A stretch of DNA of 64,000 nucleotides from an uncultured virus (IMG/VR IMGVR_UViG_3300050343_000130) (taxonomy: Duplodnaviria > Heunggongvirae > Uroviricota > Caudoviricetes > Crassvirales), in the IMG/VR virus record IMGVR_UViG_3300050343_000130; one strand, written 5' to 3'. How positions within the stretch are numbered: position 1 is the stretch's first letter; every line of letters starts with the position of its first letter. Both the position numbers and the translations under genes were made by a program. Shown piece by piece: positions 8,281 through 19,442 of this stretch. Under the pieces are notes generated by a model, which saw nothing but the letters and a program-made list of their open reading frames with translations, was not told the origin of the DNA and did not search any database.

Positions 8281-9773
8281 TGGGATTTTATAGAGGACCA
8301 AATATAGTAACGGATGGATTAAGCTTCGCGTATGACGCGGGAAGCCAGAGAAGTTATAACGATATGCCAACCGAAGTAGAAGTTTTAGTTGTTGCTGGCG
8401 GCGGCGGCGGAGGAGTAGGATCTAACGGCGGTGGCGGTGGCGGTGCTGGAGGAGTGCTTTACGACTCTGCTTATTCTTTATCAAGCACAACATCTTTTAC
8501 GGTAACAGTAGGAGCTGGAGGAGCTGGTAGGGTTGGAAGAGGCTCAGGTACAAATGGAGCAAACTCGGTATTTGGAACACTTACTGCTATTGGCGGTGGT
8601 CGTGGAGGCGGACACCCTACAGGTGGCGGAAGCGTATCACCTAACACTGGTGGTTCAGGTGGAGGTGGATCTTATTCTACAGCTGGAGCAGCTGGAACAT
8701 CTGGACAAGGTAATTCTGGTGGTTCTGGCGCTTCAAACTTAGGATTACCAACCCCATCTGATTCAGGTGGTGGTGGTGGTGGAGCTGGCGCAGTTGGTGC
8801 AAACGGACAAGGAAGCTCTGGTGGTGGTGGAGCTGGTGGATCAGGAGCTAATTATGATATATCAGGAACAACAACTACATATGCAGGCGGTGGAGCTGGA
8901 GCTACAAATGATATGAACACGAGAGCTATAGGTGGGACTGGTGGTGGTGGTAATGGTGGAACACCTGCTTTTAAAGATGGAGACCCTGGATCACCGAACA
9001 CTGGTTCTGGTGGTGGTGGTGGAAACGGTGGTGGCGGAAGCAGTGGAGCTGGAGGGTCTGGAGTTGTAATTATTAGATACCTTGGCGTTCCTAAAGCAAC
9101 TGGAGGAAATGTAGTATTAGTGAATGGTTACACTGTTCATACATTTACATCAAGCGGAACTTTTCAATTATTTGATTTTGCATATAATTTAGTAGGATCA
9201 AGTAGAGGAACTTTACAAAACGGAGTGGGCTTTAATACTGCTAACGGCGGTTTTTGGGAGTTTGATGGTGTGGATGATAAGATTGAAGTTACTACTTTTC
9301 CAACGTCAATATTTAATGGACCTTGTACTATGGAAGCTTGGATATATTGGAATGATGACACAAGATCAGTTATTATTGGTAACTATGACCAAGGAGCAGG
9401 AGGACACGATATTAACTATGAAAAAAATCCTGGTGGAGATTTAAGATTTTATTGGGATAGAGGTTCAGCTAATGCCTTTAGCGGAAATGGTGCTGTAGCT
9501 ATAGGTGAATGGCAGCACGTAATAATAGTAAGAGATGTTTCTGGAAACGCTGTAAAGTTTTATGTAAATGGATCTCTTGTAACTACTGTTAGTGGTCAAG
9601 CAGGTTCTAACATCCCAACCACAGGTACTACTTTTAGAATAGGTGCTGACAGTCGAAATGGAGCTACTGTAACTAATGGTGATATTTCTATAGTTAAGAT
9701 GTATAGTATAGCTTTAACAGCAGCACAAGTAACACAAAATTATAACGCACAAAAATCAAGATTTGGATTATGA
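8280..9773 (+). CDS. LamG/concanavalin-A-like protein with inserted glycine-rich domain
   Basis: IVTDGL..YDAG N-terminus, VEVLVVAGGGGGG...GGSGVVIIRY Gly-rich block, FDGVDD...QNYNA LamG C-terminus. Confidence 0.75.
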   Translation: MGFYRGPNIVTDGLSFAYDAGSQRSYNDMPTEVEVLVVAGGGGGGVGSNGGGGGGAGGVLYDSAYSLSSTTSFTVTVGAGGAGRVGRGSGTNGANSVFGTLTAIGGGRGGGHPTGGGSVSPNTGGSGGGGSYSTAGAAGTSGQGNSGGSGASNLGLPTPSDSGGGGGGAGAVGANGQGSSGGGGAGGSGANYDISGTTTTYAGGGAGATNDMNTRAIGGTGGGGNGGTPAFKDGDPGSPNTGSGGGGGNGGGGSSGAGGSGVVIIRYLGVPKATGGNVVLVNGYTVHTFTSSGTFQLFDFAYNLVGSSRGTLQNGVGFNTANGGFWEFDGVDDKIEVTTFPTSIFNGPCTMEAWIYWNDDTRSVIIGNYDQGAGGHDINYEKNPGGDLRFYWDRGSANAFSGNGAVAIGEWQHVIIVRDVSGNAVKFYVNGSLVTTVSGQAGSNIPTTGTTFRIGADSRNGATVTNGDISIVKMYSIALTAAQVTQNYNAQKSRFGL

Positions 9774-10015
9774 TAACATACATTACAATAAACACGGACG
9801 AATTATCTTTAGTTGATTTCAACGAAGTTATGGAAACATCAGAAGATACAGTTAGATCATCAGTTGATGGTTTACAAACAGTATTAAAATGGGAAGGCGC
9901 AGAACCTGCATTTGTATCAACTTTAAGTTCATACGAAGGACCTTATACCCACGAGGAGATTTTAGCAATAATGGCTACTCCAGAATGGACTGAACCAATA
10001 GAAGAAGAAGAATAA
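9770..10015 (+). CDS. small acidic hypothetical protein (tail accessory)
   Basis: ORF overlapping neighbours in operon. Confidence 0.65.
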   Translation: MITYITINTDELSLVDFNEVMETSEDTVRSSVDGLQTVLKWEGAEPAFVSTLSSYEGPYTHEEILAIMATPEWTEPIEEEE

Positions 10016-10016
10016 T

Positions 10017-10733
10017 ATGGGAACATACGGAGGACCAGATATAATAACAGACGGATTAGTATTTGCGCAAGATGCAGGTAGTGAAAGAAGTTACCCAGGC
10101 TCAGGAACAGCTTGGTATGATTTAAGTAACGAAAAAAGCACAGGAACTTTGTATAATGGGGTTGCTTATTCTACAGCTGACGGAGGCACTATGGGATTTG
10201 ACGGATCTGACGATTATATGCAAGCCGATGTAAGTACAACGTCTCTTGACGGAGACCCAAGTTTAAGCGTAGATATGTTTGTAAAAAGAAGAACTGGCAC
10301 AAACGTTGGTTCAAACAACGGGTTTTGGGGAATAGGCGGAGTTAATCAAGGAAATGGAATATCTGGATGGACACCTACAACCAACCTTATAAATTTAGAT
10401 GTTTATGATTCTACAAGGTTAGCAACCTCAGTATATTATCCAGAAAATGAATGGATTCATATATGTTGGACAAAAAACGGTGCAGGTACAGAAACAACAA
10501 ACGTAAAGTGTTATATAAATGGAGTTTCGACTTCTTTAACTAAAACAAGAAACGCTACAAGAACAAATCAATTTAATACAAGTACAACTGGTGTATGTTT
10601 AGGAAGAATTTCTTCTAATTATAATGGGTTTTATTCACCTATAGATATTGCTACATATAAAATTTACAATAGAGCATTAACATCTGCGGAAGTATTACAA
10701 AATTATAACGCAATAAAAAACAGATTTATATAA
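10017..10733 (+). CDS. LamG/concanavalin-A-like lectin domain protein
   Basis: TDGLVF..DAG..RSYPGSGT.W, FDGSDDY, YNRALT..EV.QNYNA. Confidence 0.8.
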   Translation: MGTYGGPDIITDGLVFAQDAGSERSYPGSGTAWYDLSNEKSTGTLYNGVAYSTADGGTMGFDGSDDYMQADVSTTSLDGDPSLSVDMFVKRRTGTNVGSNNGFWGIGGVNQGNGISGWTPTTNLINLDVYDSTRLATSVYYPENEWIHICWTKNGAGTETTNVKCYINGVSTSLTKTRNATRTNQFNTSTTGVCLGRISSNYNGFYSPIDIATYKIYNRALTSAEVLQNYNAIKNRFI

Positions 10734-11440
10734 TGTACACAGGACCTCACATAGTAACAGACGGATTGATATTTGGAATTGACGCAGCAAGTGAAAGAAG
10801 TTATCCAGGTAGCGGAACTAACTGGACTGATATAGTTGGTGATAGTAACTGCGCTTTAGTAAATGGACCTACTTTTGATTCTGGAAATGGCGGTTCAATA
10901 GTACTTGATGGTTCTGACGACTATGTGTTAAGATCAACTACACCAACAGAGTTACAAGGAGACCCAAGTTTTACCATATCAATGTGGGTAAAGAGACTGG
11001 GGAATGAGCCTAATTATGCGGGGATATGGGGTATCGGTGGAAATGCTACAAATCAAGGTATAAATTCTTGGTGGTATCTTAACACAAATGAGATTACAAT
11101 AGATACTTGGAGTAGAGCTACATTCACTTCTGGGCAAACATACCCTTTAAACGAATGGGTGTTTGTTACCTGGCAAAAAACAGCAGGAGCAATGACTCGA
11201 GCAAATTGTACAATATGGAAAAATACTACAAGTTATACAGGAACTGATCTAACAGTATTGAGGTCAGAAAGCACAGCCCCTGCTATTAATAACGGTGGAA
11301 TATCATTAGGGACAATACATTCCACTTATACCCCTGTAGTAAATTTTGCATATGCAACAACTATAATATACAATAGAGTGCTTACTGCATCAGAAGTGAT
11401 ACAGAACTATAACGCAACTAAAGGAAGATTTGGATTATAA
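10733..11440 (+). CDS. LamG/concanavalin-A-like lectin domain protein (paralog)
   Basis: Same motifs as the 10017 gene. Confidence 0.8.
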   Translation: MYTGPHIVTDGLIFGIDAASERSYPGSGTNWTDIVGDSNCALVNGPTFDSGNGGSIVLDGSDDYVLRSTTPTELQGDPSFTISMWVKRLGNEPNYAGIWGIGGNATNQGINSWWYLNTNEITIDTWSRATFTSGQTYPLNEWVFVTWQKTAGAMTRANCTIWKNTTSYTGTDLTVLRSESTAPAINNGGISLGTIHSTYTPVVNFAYATTIIYNRVLTASEVIQNYNATKGRFGL

Positions 11441-11475
11441 AATAATAACTTTTTGGACAGTGAAAAAAAGATAAT

Positions 11476-14400
11476 ATGGCAAACGAATTTAAAATAAAAA
11501 AAAGGATTAATTGTAACAGGAGCTACAGGTGGAACAGCTTTAGATGTTCAAGGTTCACAAGGGCAATTGTTTTCAGTAACCGACAATTTAAGCGGATCTA
11601 TATTCGCGGTCTCAGATATATCAGGTGTACCAATATTTGATGTTAATTCTAACGGTGGATCTGTTTTTACAGGTTTAGTGTCTGGTATTACACCAGTTGC
11701 TGCGGATAACTTTGTTACTAAAGCATATGTAGATGGAACAGGTGGCGGTACAGGACCTTTTTTACCGTTAGCTGGTGGTACAATGTCTACTACTTCAAGA
11801 ATTAATTTTTATAATAATACTCAATATATACACGCAAGCAGTACAAATGATTTAACATTAGCAAGTGGAGATGATATAAACTTTAAATCTAATTATAATA
11901 GATTTTATAATGGCACTACTGAGTATGCCAGATTATCAGGAAGTACTAATTCTTGGTTAGCAAACGGCTCTGGTGGAAAAATTGGTATTTCAACAACTAA
12001 TCCTGTGGAAACATTAACTGTACCTGGCGGCGAAGGTGTTATGTTGGGATTCAAGAGGTTTTATTCAGATACAGGTCAAGTGCCAGCAGGAATTGGATCT
12101 TCGTACACCTTGACTGCCAATTTAAATATAGAACAAGGAACAACTTTAACAAGCCAGTATCAGTATAAATTTTATTTAACAACTACTGGAACTGGAACTT
12201 ATAATAGTTCTGTATACATAGTATATAGGAATTCTGCGGATAACGCTTGGGATGTTCATAGAGTAAGCTCTACAGGTTTAACAAGTAATCATCCTGAACT
12301 AACTGTAAGTAGCACGAGTGCTTTAATATACAATGATCACCCTAATGCTTATAATGTTTCTTATAGAGTAGAAACATCTTACTCTGGACAAGCTAAAACC
12401 AGTCCTCAAATATTTGGTTCAGACTATATGTGGACAAGAGATAATACTGATTTGTATTATATGGATGGAGATGTTGGTATTGGAGTTAGTAATCCTGTAT
12501 TTAAGTTAGATGTTGCAGGCGCAATACAAACAACTGGATCATTAAGAATAACAACAGCTAACCCTGGTGTTTTATTTAAAGAAACAGATATTACAGATAA
12601 AAACTGGGATATACAGGTTAACAATGGAAATTTAAAATTCTATGAAGTTAACGATGCAAGATCTGTGTTTAATGAACACGTAACCTTTGGTGCAGGAGGT
12701 AATGTAGGTATAGGATTTACAAGCCCTCAAGCAGCTCCTTTAGGAAGTATGAAATTATCTGTTGATGGTGATACTTATGTTTCAGGCTACGTGGGGATTG
12801 GAACAACTACACCAAGTAATCTATTAAGTTTAAAGGGTAGTGGACAAAATTGGAGTACCAGTGCTGCTATAAAAATATGGGATTCTTATAATTCTAAAGG
12901 ATGGTATGTAGGTAGTGCTAATAATCAAACAGCTGGAGATTTTTACATAAGATCAGTTGCTGCAGAAGCAGACTATCCTGTAGCCGCCGATCAACAATTT
13001 ACAATAAAGCAAACAGGTAATGTCGGGATTGGGACGATTAATCCTACTACTACATTAGATATAAGGACAGATACAGGAGTACTAATAAAAGGAGCAACTT
13101 CATCAGCAAACGGTAAACTTAAATTTATACCAGCTTCTGGTGGACGTCAATATAACTTTGAAAACGATAGCTCTAGTTTTCAAATAGTTGATGCATCGGC
13201 AGGTTCTAGTAGAATGTATTTTCATTATAATGGAAACTTAGGAATTGGAACGACTAGTCCTGATTTCAAATTAGACGTAGATGGAACATTTGGTGTTTCT
13301 GATTTACCAGGTAATGGAAGTTCTACTTCTGTATTAGTGCAAGACCAAACCACAACTCCACTTACAGTTGTAAACGGAGATTTTGCAACAGATACTGGTT
13401 GGGCTAAAGACGCGGGTTGGACTATATCAGGTGGTAAAGCCAATGTTTCTGGAGCTCAAACAGGAACAACTTATATTTATCAAGGTGGAATACTACCTAA
13501 TCCATCAGAAAATATAGAATATATAATTAAATATACAGTTTCTAATTATTCAGCAGGTGAATTTAGAATAAATGTAGGTGGATACATATCTAGTTCCCCT
13601 GCTCAAACAGCTAATGGTACATATGAGGTAAAAGTAACACCAACAAATTCATCTTCTAACACGAATATTTATATACAAGCCAACGCAGCCGCCATAGGCA
13701 GCATAGATAGAATATCAGTAAACCAAGTTACAGCTGGTACTAATCAAATTAAAACAAGAGAATTAGGAGGTGGAGTTTTTGACGACACGTGGGCAGTTAC
13801 ACCTACTGATAGCGATAATATATATAATCTTAATAGTGGCAACGTTGGGATTGGAACATCAACTCCTAACTCTAAATTAGACATACAAGGAACACAAGGT
13901 CAGTTATTCTCAGTTACAGATGATTTATCTGGTGATATATTCTCAGTTGCTGATATATCTGGTGTGCCTTTATTAAATGTTAATTCCAATGGTACATCTT
14001 ACTTTGATAGTGATTTAGGAATAGGAACAACAAGTCCAGATGGTAAATTAGAGGTTTCAAGTAATAGTTCTCTTTCAAGCTATGTAACGCAGTACACAAA
14101 TGATGCTGACGGAGCAGAGTTAGTACTAAGAACTGCAAGAGGCACTCAGTCAAGCCCTATTGGATACAGTAATAATGATAGCGCTGGAAGACTTTTATTT
14201 CAAGCTTACACTTCTTCAGGGGCATTTAGAGACGCTGCTTCTATAGAATCTGTTATGGAAAGTTGTTGCGCTAATGCTTATGGAGGGTTAAGATTTAATT
14301 ATATGCCTGATACAGCTCCTTATACTTTAAGAGAAGGTATGAGCATAAAAATGAACGGAGATGTTTTGATTCCTGGAGATGTAGGAATTGGAACGACAAA

Positions 14401-15508
14401 TCCTACCGCACCTTTAACAATTGCAGGTACTGGAGCAGACGGAAATGCTATGCTAAGATTAGAAGCCACAGGTGGAAGTCAAACTTTTAACTGGATGACA
14501 AGTACAGTTTATCCAAATTTACAAGCAGGTAACACTATTCTTCACTTGTTTGGTAAACAGCAGTCAACAAACAACCAAGCTTGGATTGGATTTAAATATG
14601 TTTCATCTGCTTCTACAAGTAATACGCTATCTTTAGGTTTTTATGCTAATAATCATTTAGTTAATCTTGAAGCAAGCGGAAATTTAGGAATTAAGACAGA
14701 AGATCCTCAAACAAGATTAGCGTTAGGTAGTTCTCAAGGAAGTGGTATAGATTTTCTTTACGATTCTACTAATAATTATAAACATCAAATTAAAAATTAC
14801 TGGAATTCAAACACAGACAGTAGAATGGACTTTAATATTGGTCGTACTTCTGGTCAAACTCCTGAAACTATTATGTCTGTTGGTTATGGTGGTAATGTTG
14901 GTATTGGGACTAAAACTCCAGTATGCTTATTAGATGTTAGAGACGGAACTATTAGCGGTCAAATCGCAAGGTTTACTGCTATTAATCCTCACGTTGTAAT
15001 TGAATCAAGTACAGCAGGTAATAGTGTTTTACATTTTAAACCAAATACAACAAGTAGTAAATCTGGTCAATTCAAGGTAACAGCTGGAAATGGTTATAAT
15101 TTTAAATGGACTAATGATGCTGCTGGTACAGGTGAAACTATTTATATGGACTTAGATACAAGTACCACAGGAGGCGGAGACTTGACAGTGAAAGGAGATA
15201 TAATAGCTTATGGTGCGCCTTCTGATAAAAAGTATAAAGAAAATATTAAGCCAATTGAAAGTGCTTTAGATAAAGCAATGCAACTTCAAGGGGTTACGTT
15301 TGATTGGAAAGATAGCGAAAGTATATTAGATATAAAAGAAGATATAGGTTTTATAGCTCAAGATGTTGAAAAAGTTTTACCAGAACTCGTTAGAGATAGT
15401 GGTAAAGGAAACTTATCTTTAAGGTATCAAGGAATAACACCTATACTTTTAGAAGCTATAAAAGAATTAAAAGCTGAAATAGAAGAGCTTAAAAAACAAA
15501 TTAAATAA
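11476..15508 (+). CDS. long tail fibre with C-terminal intramolecular chaperone (peptidase S74); apparent +1 frameshift in A-run at ~11500
   Basis: About 11 GNVGIG-type repeats; SDKKYKENIKPI...GFIAQDVEKVLPELV...coiled coil; start MANEFKIKK joins ORF 11567 if one A is removed. Confidence 0.8.
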
Positions 15509-15954
15509 TGGCAGTACCAACGTCAGGAGCATTATCAATGAAGGATATGGCACAGGAAGCGCTATATGGAACTTGGGGATCAGGTACTATTACCTCTCCC
15601 ATTTCATTATACGATCTCGTTAATGGCGGTAACACTGGAGGGTCAGGAAACACTTACCCAACAGTAAATACTAACTGTACACCTAATCCAGCTGATAGAG
15701 GCACATACAATTCTTTTACTATTTACAACGGCTCTGGGGGAACAATAACATTATACACAACGGTAGCGCTAACAGCAGTAACAATAGGAACTATTATATA
15801 CAGTAACGTAAGCGGGTCAGTATACACTGGTGGCGGTGGATTTATTCAAGGTCCATCAGGTACAGTTTGGTTTGGTGGTAGTTGTACCTGCCCAGCGATC
15901 TCAACGAACACAACAACAGGTGCGGTAACAGCAACTGGCTGTGGTTGCCCATAA
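15508..15954 (+). CDS. small tail-associated protein
   Basis: MAVPTSGALS N-terminus, Thr/Gly/Cys-rich, follows the S74 fibre. Confidence 0.6.
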   Translation: MAVPTSGALSMKDMAQEALYGTWGSGTITSPISLYDLVNGGNTGGSGNTYPTVNTNCTPNPADRGTYNSFTIYNGSGGTITLYTTVALTAVTIGTIIYSNVSGSVYTGGGGFIQGPSGTVWFGGSCTCPAISTNTTTGAVTATGCGCP

Positions 15955-15964
15955 AATATAAATT

Positions 15965-16291
15965 ATGCCTATAGCTTATCCATATAAATTTTCAGACTGG
16001 TACGGTTACGATAAAGACTGTACAACAACAACATCATTTAGCTCTGGCTCAGGGCAAGCGGATACTAAGTTCATATGTACTCAATCTGTAAATACAACAA
16101 AATATCACGATGGTAGTGGTAATAACCCAAGCACAGGAGATACTGTTTATGAGAATTCTTCAGGAACAACAACAACTGCAAATGGTTTTTACACAATCCA
16201 AAACGGAGCATCGCCTCCTGCGACAATAGGTTATTATAGAATAACAGGTGGAAGCGGAGTAGTAGCATCACTGGGACTATGTTTCCCTTAA
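15965..16291 (+). CDS. small tail-associated protein
   Basis: Thr/Gly-rich, GDTVY...ANGFY motif. Confidence 0.6.
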   Translation: MPIAYPYKFSDWYGYDKDCTTTTSFSSGSGQADTKFICTQSVNTTKYHDGSGNNPSTGDTVYENSSGTTTTANGFYTIQNGASPPATIGYYRITGGSGVVASLGLCFP

Positions 16292-16321
16292 AATAAATCA
16301 ATAAATCTTTAAAATTAAAAA

Positions 16322-16732
16322 ATGGCAATTACTTACAAATGGGATATTCCCGCAATGAACGCTCACATTCAAGCAGAAGGTGAAGACAATGTAATATACA
16401 CGGTACATTACAGATATACCGGTTCTGAAGAATCTGGAGGTGAAATTTATTCATCAACTAATATAGGGACACAAAGTTATACATATATAGCAGGCGAACC
16501 TTTTGTACCTTACGAAGATACAGAAGCTTTTGAAAATGTAGTTATCGGATGGTTAGAAGGATCGTTGGATGTACCTGCAATGCAAGCGAGTATAGCCGCG
16601 AGTATAGAATCTCAAATTACACCAGTAAATGAGGACTTGTACTTTACATGGCAAAATCCTCAACCACCAACCCCCCCACCAACTCCAGAACCACCGGTAG
16701 AGGAGGAAGAAGAAGTTAACGACGAAAAATAA
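16322..16732 (+). CDS. hypothetical protein (possible tail fibre assembly factor)
   Basis: Acidic 136-aa ORF, Pro/Glu tail. Confidence 0.6.
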   Translation: MAITYKWDIPAMNAHIQAEGEDNVIYTVHYRYTGSEESGGEIYSSTNIGTQSYTYIAGEPFVPYEDTEAFENVVIGWLEGSLDVPAMQASIAASIESQITPVNEDLYFTWQNPQPPTPPPTPEPPVEEEEEVNDEK

Positions 16733-16745
16733 TACGTAATAATAA
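16731..16745 (+). promoter_or_regulatory. class II promoter-like motif AATACGTAATAATAA
   Basis: Exact 15-mer also at 40582 (+) and 61910 (-), always upstream of an operon. Confidence 0.65.
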
Positions 16746-16793
16746 ACCCATACCAAAGAGGTATGAAACCAATGTTAATTAAAACCAAAACCA

Positions 16794-17111
16794 ATGACAC
16801 TATTTTACCAGACTAGTACGTGGAGTAGTCAACCACAACCAACAGAAAAAACCATCGAATCTTGGAAGCATGCAGCAGAGAAGAAAAACTGGAGAATCAC
16901 ACAATTACCAAACGGATTTTTTCAAACAGAAATCAAAGACATAAATTGTGCTTGCGATCCAGAAAAAGATACTTGCTGCGAAAAGTGGATAGATGTAACC
17001 AGGCGAGAAACTCTTGAAGGTGCTGAAAGCGCAATTGATGGGTCTGTCGATCATTACCAAAGAAAACTAGATTATATATCTGGACCGAAAGTGGTAAAAA
17101 CATTTAAATAA
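16794..17111 (+). CDS. hypothetical protein
   Basis: 105-aa ORF upstream of groEL. Confidence 0.65.
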   Translation: MTLFYQTSTWSSQPQPTEKTIESWKHAAEKKNWRITQLPNGFFQTEIKDINCACDPEKDTCCEKWIDVTRRETLEGAESAIDGSVDHYQRKLDYISGPKVVKTFK

Positions 17112-17140
17112 TATATTATACTTAACTAAAATTTAATAAA

Positions 17141-18745
17141 ATGGAATTTAATTTACCTAGTCAGATTGTTAAAGATCTGAATTTCGGCGATGATGCACGA
17201 AATAAAATCATGTCCGGTGTTTCTAAATTATCCGACGCAGTGAAGTCCACATTAGGTGCTTCTGGAAAATGCGTTATATACGAAGACGCCATGGGCAGAC
17301 CGGTAATCACAAAAGATGGTGTAACCGTTGCGGAAAGCGTAGTCTTAATGGACCCGGTCGAAAATATAGGAGCTACTTTAATAAAAGAAGCTGCTAGTAA
17401 TACAGTGAAAGAAGCAGGTGACGGTACCACTACGGCTATCGTCCTTGCTCAATCACTATTAAATAAACTAAACGAATACGATGGCGAAGAATCAATTAGA
17501 TATATTAAAGAAGGAGTTGCAGGATGTGCTAAAGAGATTATGGACTATCTTGATACTACCTCCACTGAGGTTAAAGGTGAAATGCTTAGTCAAGTTGCAT
17601 ATATTAGCTGTAACAATGACCAAGAACTTGGAGACAAGATTGGAGAAGCATATGAAAAAGTTGGACGAAACGGAGTCGTATTAATGGAAGATTCCCCTAC
17701 AAATGAAACTTATGTTGAGTTTGTTGAGGGTACACAATTTAATTCAGGTATTAAATCACCACACTTAATAACGGATAAAGAAAAAGGTACAGCAGTATTA
17801 GAAAATCCTTATGTGTTAATAGTAAGTTCAGCAATACCCAATGTAAGAAGAATACAAGGCATATTAGAACACGTTATAAAAAGCAAACGTTCTTTATTGA
17901 TTGTTGCTCCAGTAGACCAACAACCATATGCCACATTACTTGCTAATAAAGTTAAGGGCAATATAAAAGTAAATATTGTAGATTTGCCAGGGTTTGGGCC
18001 AACTAAAGAAGATGCTATAGAAGATTTAGCTATCCTGACTGGTGCTACAGCTGTTAACGAGGAGTTAGGCGATGATTTAGACTTAATAGATGTAAATGTA
18101 CTAGGTGAAGTCGTTAAGTCCGTTACAGACGATAAAAACACTACATTACAAATTAATGAAGTTACAGAACCTGTAGCTGAAAGAATTAAAGACGTAAAAA
18201 GAAAAATAGAAAAAGAAAAAAACGGCTGGATCAAAAAGAAGCTACAAGAAAGATTATCGATGCTTACTGGAAAAGTTGGGGTAATTTATATTGGCGCGGA
18301 TTCAGAGGTTGAACTTAAGGAAAAGAAAGATAGAGTTGATGATGCATTGCATGCAACTAAAGCTGCATTAGCGGAGGGCATTGTGCCAGGTGGAGGAGTT
18401 GCTTTGCTTAATGCTTCACAGACTATAGTAAAACAAGATGAAGGTTACGATATATTATTAAGCGCTATAACAGCGCCTTACCATACTATATTAAAAAACG
18501 CTGGATTTGATGATGCTTTAAACCCTAAAGAATATGTCGAAAGTAATAAAGACATAAATGATAGAGACTGGGCAGGTGTTGGTATTGATGCCACTTGCGG
18601 ATGTTATAAGAATATGATTGATAGTGGAATTATAGATCCAGTATTAGTAACTAAAGCAGCTTTAAAAAATGCAATAAGTGTAGCGACTACAATTGTATCG
18701 GCTGATTGTATAATCTCAAACGTAAGAACTCTTGAAAGCAATTAA
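17141..18745 (+). CDS. groEL: chaperonin GroEL (phage-encoded)
   Basis: ITKDGVTVA, AGDGTTTA, EGIVPGGG, GIIDP motifs; no GGM tail. Confidence 0.95.
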   Translation: MEFNLPSQIVKDLNFGDDARNKIMSGVSKLSDAVKSTLGASGKCVIYEDAMGRPVITKDGVTVAESVVLMDPVENIGATLIKEAASNTVKEAGDGTTTAIVLAQSLLNKLNEYDGEESIRYIKEGVAGCAKEIMDYLDTTSTEVKGEMLSQVAYISCNNDQELGDKIGEAYEKVGRNGVVLMEDSPTNETYVEFVEGTQFNSGIKSPHLITDKEKGTAVLENPYVLIVSSAIPNVRRIQGILEHVIKSKRSLLIVAPVDQQPYATLLANKVKGNIKVNIVDLPGFGPTKEDAIEDLAILTGATAVNEELGDDLDLIDVNVLGEVVKSVTDDKNTTLQINEVTEPVAERIKDVKRKIEKEKNGWIKKKLQERLSMLTGKVGVIYIGADSEVELKEKKDRVDDALHATKAALAEGIVPGGGVALLNASQTIVKQDEGYDILLSAITAPYHTILKNAGFDDALNPKEYVESNKDINDRDWAGVGIDATCGCYKNMIDSGIIDPVLVTKAALKNAISVATTIVSADCIISNVRTLESN

Positions 18746-18989
18746 TTATTACATCGTTATCGATAAAATAAAAGAAGCGCCGAAGACAGTAGGTGGTCTT
18801 GAATTAACTGAAAGTCAAAATAAAGACATTAGGTACTTAAAGGCGAAAGTCATAAGTTCTGGTGATAAAGTAGATTACATAAAAAAAGATAGTATTATAA
18901 GGTACGACAAGCATGCAGGTCATGGTATTGAATGGGACGATAAGATGTACCATGTTATTACCATCAATGATGTTGTTTTAGTAGAATGA
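18732..18989 (+). CDS. groES: co-chaperonin GroES
   Basis: 85 aa, KTVGGLEL mobile loop, overlaps groEL end; TTG start. Confidence 0.85.
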   Translation: MKAINYYIVIDKIKEAPKTVGGLELTESQNKDIRYLKAKVISSGDKVDYIKKDSIIRYDKHAGHGIEWDDKMYHVITINDVVLVE

Positions 18990-19426
18990 GATTAACTTCA
19001 AAAGATCTACGAGAAATGAATTTGTTTAAGTATTACAGGCTTGTTAGAAAATGGGCTTGTAAAACTTATGACATAAAAGACGCAGATCTTGAATTGCTAT
19101 TTTATTTAGATTGTAAAAAGCATTTTACACGTAATGATTTTATAGAAGGTGTGTACACATACTCCTGGGATAAAGCTAGATGGGAAAGATTAAGAACTGG
19201 AGGCTGGATTGATGTATGGAGTCAAAGGAACAGAACAACAAAAAAGTTTACTGTATATACAACATCTTTTAAATGTAAAAATTTAATTAATAGAATATAT
19301 AGAATACTATTAGCAGAAGAAGATTTACCAACATCTTCAAGAAGTAAATTTTATAAAAACAAAACATACACGGACAAAGTTTATAATAAAGCTATTGACG
19401 ATATGATAAAAGATAAAAATAGATAA
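18986..19426 (+). CDS. hypothetical protein (possible winged helix)
   Basis: 146-aa ORF in operon with groES. Confidence 0.65.
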   Translation: MRLTSKDLREMNLFKYYRLVRKWACKTYDIKDADLELLFYLDCKKHFTRNDFIEGVYTYSWDKARWERLRTGGWIDVWSQRNRTTKKFTVYTTSFKCKNLINRIYRILLAEEDLPTSSRSKFYKNKTYTDKVYNKAIDDMIKDKNR

Positions 19427-19442
19427 CTAATAAATATTAAAA

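Noticed and set aside
8390..9060. GGT/GGC tandem repeats as a non-coding repeat element
   Set aside because: Fully explained by polyglycine codons in the 8280-9773 protein.
5923..15508. Diversity-generating retroelement targeting tail fibres
   Set aside because: No reverse transcriptase and no template/variable repeat pair differing only at adenines; repeated modules differ at synonymous positions.
17141..18989. Host chromosomal groEL/groES contamination or chimeric assembly
   Set aside because: Divergent sequence, reversed gene order, same codon style as flanks, overlapping phage-type neighbours and a phage class II motif upstream.
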